Part shown: positions 32,471 through 37,147 of the stretch, one piece after another
Numbering within the stretch: the first letter of the stretch is position 1
Layout of the letters: each line of letters opens with the position of its first letter
Source: Veleropilina oligotropha
Taxonomy: Eukaryota
Assembly (NCBI GenBank): GCA_048128005.1
Contig: JBEUKZ010000091.1
Coordinates: forward strand, 1 to 37,147
Length of the DNA stretch: 37,147 bases
Direction: 5' to 3'
Position numbers and translations under genes: made by a program
The notes under the pieces: model-generated
Databases searched by the model: none
What the model was told of the DNA's origin: nothing
The model's input: the letters and a program-made list of their open reading frames with translations, nothing else

Positions 32471-32592
32471 TATATGTTGGTTAAAACAAAATCATGTTAT
32501 GCCTTCTATATAATTGTCTGATAAATACATACAAGCCAGAGCCGACCGTAACTGGTCATCAAGTATCAGTTTCAGTGCCATGTATATCGTCG

Positions 32593-32665
32593 GTTCCCGT
32601 AGCTTAGTCGGTAGAGCGCCTCGACGGAATTGAGGAGATCGCGGGTTCGAGTCCCGTCGGGATAT
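32593..32665 (+). ncRNA. tRNA-like element, representative of array B
   Basis: GTTCCCG TA GCTTAGTCGGTAGAGC G CCTCG ACGGAAT TGAGG AGATC GCGGG TTCGAGT CCCGT CGGGATA; TTTT at 32672-32675. Confidence 0.7.
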
Positions 32666-33046
32666 ATGACATTTTAACTGATACACGAATTTCATATGTT
32701 ATTTAATAATATTATGATATGACGAATGACCGTATACATCGTTGCCAGTGCGTTAAATATATGTTGGTTAAAACAAAATCATGTTATGCCTTCTATATAA
32801 TTGTCTGATAAATACATACAAGCCAGAGCCGACCGTAACTGGTCATCAAGTATCAGTTTCAGTGCCATGTATATCGTCGGTTCCCGTAGCTTAGTCGGTA
32901 GAGCGCCTCGACGGAATTGAGGAGATCGCGGGTTCGAGTCCCGTTGGGATATATGACATTTTAACTGATACACGAATTTCATATGTTATTTAATAATATT
33001 ATGATATGACGAATGACCGTATACATCGTTGCCAGTGCGTTAAATA

Positions 33047-34536
33047 TACTAGCGGAAAAAAGTAACTGTGCAACCTAAAAATTCGGATAAAATTAACACC
33101 GCTCAATATTTTAGCCTGATGTTTTGCACAGTTGACCAGTGAATGCACCGCCACACAATCGCTGGGTCAATGCCGTATTAGCACGTGCTGTTTGACTTCT
33201 TGGACAAAGGTATGTTTTTCACGCTTTTTCCGCCCAAAATATTACTGCTCCAGTTTTTGTCGACTTTGCAACTGCCGAGTCATTGTTTGGCAACCGGGGG
33301 AACAGAAAAGCAGGTTTTTTCGGATGAAAGTGATCGTAGAGCAATGCCCAGGATAAATGAAAATGACCGCCTTCGCGCAATTGGTATGGTCCAGGCTGGT
33401 ATGCTCCATCGCGCTGTTGCTACGCAATTTGGTGTCCACATAAACACTATTCAGGCTTTGTGGAGACGTTTTCAACAATTTGGTAATGTCAGAGACAGAC
33501 CACGTGCAGGTCGTCCACGCGTGACGTCACGACAGCAGGACAATCATATCAGACTCGCGCACCTCAGGAATCGCTTCCAAACGGCAAGTCTGACAGCTCG
33601 GACCATTCTTGGATTGTGTGCCATCAACCCCAGAACTGTACGAAATCTATTACGTGAACGGCGTATCCATCCGCGACGTCCGGCTCTCCGTCCAGTTTTG
33701 CTAAGACGCCATCGTGTAGCACGTCTGGCTTGGTGTAGAAGACACTTGCGCTCTAATCGCCGAGACTGGGCGGGTATTCTGTTTACGGACGAGTCAAGGT
33801 TTCACTTAGACAGCAGCGACGGCCGTTCCATAGTCTATCGTCGTGTTGGAGAACGTTTTAGTGACGCCTGTGTTGTGGAGCGACGTGCATTTGGCGGTGG
33901 CAGTGTCATGGTTTGGGGTGGCATCACGTCAACTGGGCGAACACCTCTTGTGGTCATCGATGGCAATTTGAACGCCGTACGCTACCGTGACGAAATTATA
34001 CAGGCTCACGTCATCCCATTTGTGCAAGGATAGCAACGTCATATCACGCTTCAGCAATACAACGCTAGACCTCATGTCGCCCGGGTGGTAAGGGATTTTC
34101 TAGCGCTGCAGAACATCATTGTGTTGCAGTGGCCTGCAGTCTCACCCGATCTTGCACCAATCGTCTGGGATGAGATGCAACATCGTGTACGTGCGCTGCC
34201 TAACCAGCCGGTGACGTTAGCAGCGCTGGGTCAGACGTTAGTCCAGATCTGGCATTCGTCAACAATTTGGTAAGCTCTTTGAGGCGAAGGTGCCAGGCCA
34301 GCATCGAAGCAAACGGTGGCCATACGCGCTATTAACTTTGTGAACTCGTTTTTGACCCCCCTTGTCTTTCATCCCCAATACCAATGAAATGACGGATGCT
34401 GTGACATTTTAAATGAATTGAAGTTTTGCAGAATTGCCTAATAAACAATTCTATTTCATCGATTTATCTTTTTATGTCTTGAAATTATATTTTTATCAAC
34501 ATGATAACAATGCACAGTTACTTTTTTCCGCTAGTA
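33047..34536 (+). mobile_element. Tc1/mariner element, copy 2 (1490 bp)
   Basis: Nearly identical to copy 1 at +2066 bp, with the same TIRs and the same insertion position in the satellite unit. Confidence 0.95.
33344..34335 (+). pseudogene. Tc1 transposase, inactivated (copy 2)
   Basis: Carries the same stop, D>Y change and deletions as copy 1. Confidence 0.93.
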
Positions 34537-37147
34537 TATATGTTGGTTAAAACAAAATCATGTTATGCCTTCTATATAATTGTCTGATAAATACATACAA
34601 GCCAGAGCCGACCGTAACTGGTCATCAAGTATCAGTTTCAGTGCCATGTATATCGTCGGTTCCCGTAGCTTAGTCGGTAGAGCGCCTCGACGGAATTGAG
34701 GAGATCGTGGGTTCGAGTCCCGTCGGGATATATGACATTTTAACTGATACACGAATTTCATATGTTATTTAATAATATTATGATATGACGAATGACCGTA
34801 TACATCGTTGCCAGTGCGTTAAATATATGTTGGTTAAAACAAAATCATGTTATGCCTTCTATATAATTGTCTGATAAATACATACAAGCCAGAGCCGACC
34901 GTAACTGGTCATCAAGTATCAGTTTCAGTGCCATGTATATCGTCGGTTCCCGTAGCTTAGTCGGTAGAGCGCCTCGACGGAATTGAGGAGATCGCGGGTT
35001 CGAGTCCCGTCGGGATATATGACATTTTAACTGATACACGAATTTCATATGTTATTTAATAATATTATGATATGACGAATGACCGTATACATCGTTGCCA
35101 GTGCGTTAAATATATGTTGGTTAAAACAAAATCATGTTATGCCTTCTATATAATTGTCTGATAAATACATACAAGCCAGAGCCGACCGTAACTGGTCATC
35201 AAGTATCAGTTTCAGTGCCATGTATATCGTCGGTTCCCGTAGCTTAGTCGGTAGAGCGCCTCGACGGAATTGAGGAGATCGCGGGTTCGAGTCCCGTCGG
35301 GATATATGACATTTTAACTGATACGCGAATTTCATATGTTATTTAATAATATTATGATATGACGAATGACCGTATACATCGTTGCCAGTGCGTTAAATAT
35401 ATGTTGGTTAAAACAAAATCATGTTATACCTTCTATATAATTGTCTGATAAATACATACAAGCCAGAGCCGACCGTAACTAGTCATCAAGTATCAGTTTC
35501 AGTGCCATGTATATCGTCGGTTCCCGTAGCTTAGTCTGTAGAGCGCCTCGACGGAATTGAGGAGATCGCGGGTTTGAGTCCCGTCGGGATATATGACATT
35601 TTAACTGATACACGAATTTCATATGTTATTTAATAATATTATGATATGACGAATGACCGTATACATCGTTGCCAGTGCGTTAAATATATGTTGGTTAAAA
35701 CAAAATCATGTTATGCCTTCTATATAATTGTCTGATAAATACATACAAGCCAGAGCCGACCGTAACTGGTCATCAAGTATCAGTTTCAGTGCCATGTATA
35801 TCGTCGGTTCCCGTAGCTTAGTCGGTAGAGCGCCTCGACGGAATTGAGGAGATCGCGGGTTCGAGTCCCGTCGGGATATATGACATTTTAACTGATACAC
35901 GAATTTCATATGTTATTTAATAATATTATGAAATGACGAATGACCGTATACATCGTTGCCAGTGCGTTAAATATATGTTGGTTAAAACAAAATCATGTTA
36001 TGCCTTCTATATAATTGTCTGATAAATACATACAAGCCAGAGCCAACCGTAACTGGTCATCAAGTATCAGTTTCAGTGCCATGTATATCGTCGGTTCCCG
36101 TAGCTTAGTCGGTAGAGCGCCTCGACGGAATTGAGGAGATCGCGGGTTCGAGTCCCGTCGGGATATATGACATTTTAACTGATACACGAATTTCATATGT
36201 TATTTAATAATATTATGATATGACGAATGACCGTATACATCGTTGCCAGTGCGTTAAATATATGTTGGTTAAAACAAAATCATGTTATGCCTTCTATATA
36301 ATTGTCTGATAAATACATACAAGCCAGAGCCAACCGTAACTGGTCATCAAGTATCAGTTTCAGTGCCATGTATATCGTCGGTTCCCGTAGCTTAGTCGGT
36401 AGAGCGCCTCGACGGAATTGAGGAGATCGCGGGTTCGAGTCCCGTCGGGATATATGACATTTTAACTGATACACGAATTTCATATGTTATTTAATAATAT
36501 TATGATATGACGAATGACCATATACATCGTTGCCAGTGCGTTAAATATATGTTGGTTAAAACAAAATCATGTTATGCCTTCTATATAATTGTCTGATAAA
36601 TACATACAAGCCAGAGCCGACCGTAACTGGTCATCAAGTATCAGTTTCAGTGCCATGTATATCGTCGGTTCCCGTAGCTTAGTCGGTAGAGCGCCTCGAC
36701 GGAATTGAGGAGATCGCGGGTTCGAGTCCCGTCGGGATATATGACATTTTAACTGATACACGAATTTCATATGTTATTTAATAATATTATGATATGACGA
36801 ATGACCGTATACATCGTTGCCAGTGCGTTAAATATATGTTGGTTAAAACAAAATCATGTTATGCCTTCTATATAATTGTCTGATAAATACATACAAGCCA
36901 GAGCCGACCGTAACTGGTCATCAAGTATCCGTTTCAGTGCCATGTATATCGTCGGTTCCCGTAGCTTAGTCGGTAGAGCGCCTCGACGGAATTGAGGAGA
37001 TCGCGGGTTCGAGTCCCGTCGGGATATATAACATTTTAACTGATACACGAATTTCATATGTTATTTAATAATATTATGATATGACGAATGACCGTATACA
37101 TCGTTGCCAGTGCGTTAAATATATGTTGGTTAAAACAAAATCATGTT

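Larger units (their letters stand above)
30653..37147 (+). repeat. Tandem array B: ~12 near-identical 287-bp units, inverted relative to array A, running off the window end
   Basis: Exact 287-bp periodicity (34558, 34845, 35132 ... 36854). The unit is a diverged reverse complement of the array A unit. Confidence 0.96.

Noticed and set aside
21338..37057. Dozens of 60-116 aa ORFs in the arrays
   Set aside because: They are by-products of the repeat unit on both strands; frames are broken freely by indels between units.
21440..37147. CRISPR-like array
   Set aside because: Whole units repeat with no unique spacers, there are no cas genes, and the context is eukaryotic.

Overview
Animal genomic DNA, probably from an invertebrate (inferred from spliced GT-AG exons, AT-rich host DNA and eukaryotic transposons), in four parts. 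(1) 5-16047: an apparently full-length, GC-rich, ~16 kb endogenous Polinton/Maverick-like virus. It has ~190 bp imperfect terminal inverted repeats, AGCAGCAG termini and a probable 5-bp target duplication. It encodes an rve integrase, an A32-like packaging ATPase, putative major and minor capsid proteins, many membrane proteins and a secreted Cys-rich protein. No adenain-type protease is recognisable. Its replication gene, rebuilt across frameshifts, is one ~1290-codon fusion: HeH/Rho_N-like motif, divergent family B polymerase, SF1B (RecD/Pif1-like) helicase and HNH nuclease. This is the most unusual system in the window. (2) The element sits in an intron of a minus-strand cytochrome P450 gene, of which two exons are visible. 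(3) A decayed piggyBac follows. (4) ~21440-37147: two oppositely oriented tandem arrays (~277 bp and 287 bp units). Each unit holds a tRNA-Thr-like cloverleaf with A/B boxes and a TTTT terminator. The arrays show higher-order repeats and a duplicated, dead Tc1 insertion. All protein calls come from motif recognition by eye; no database search was run.
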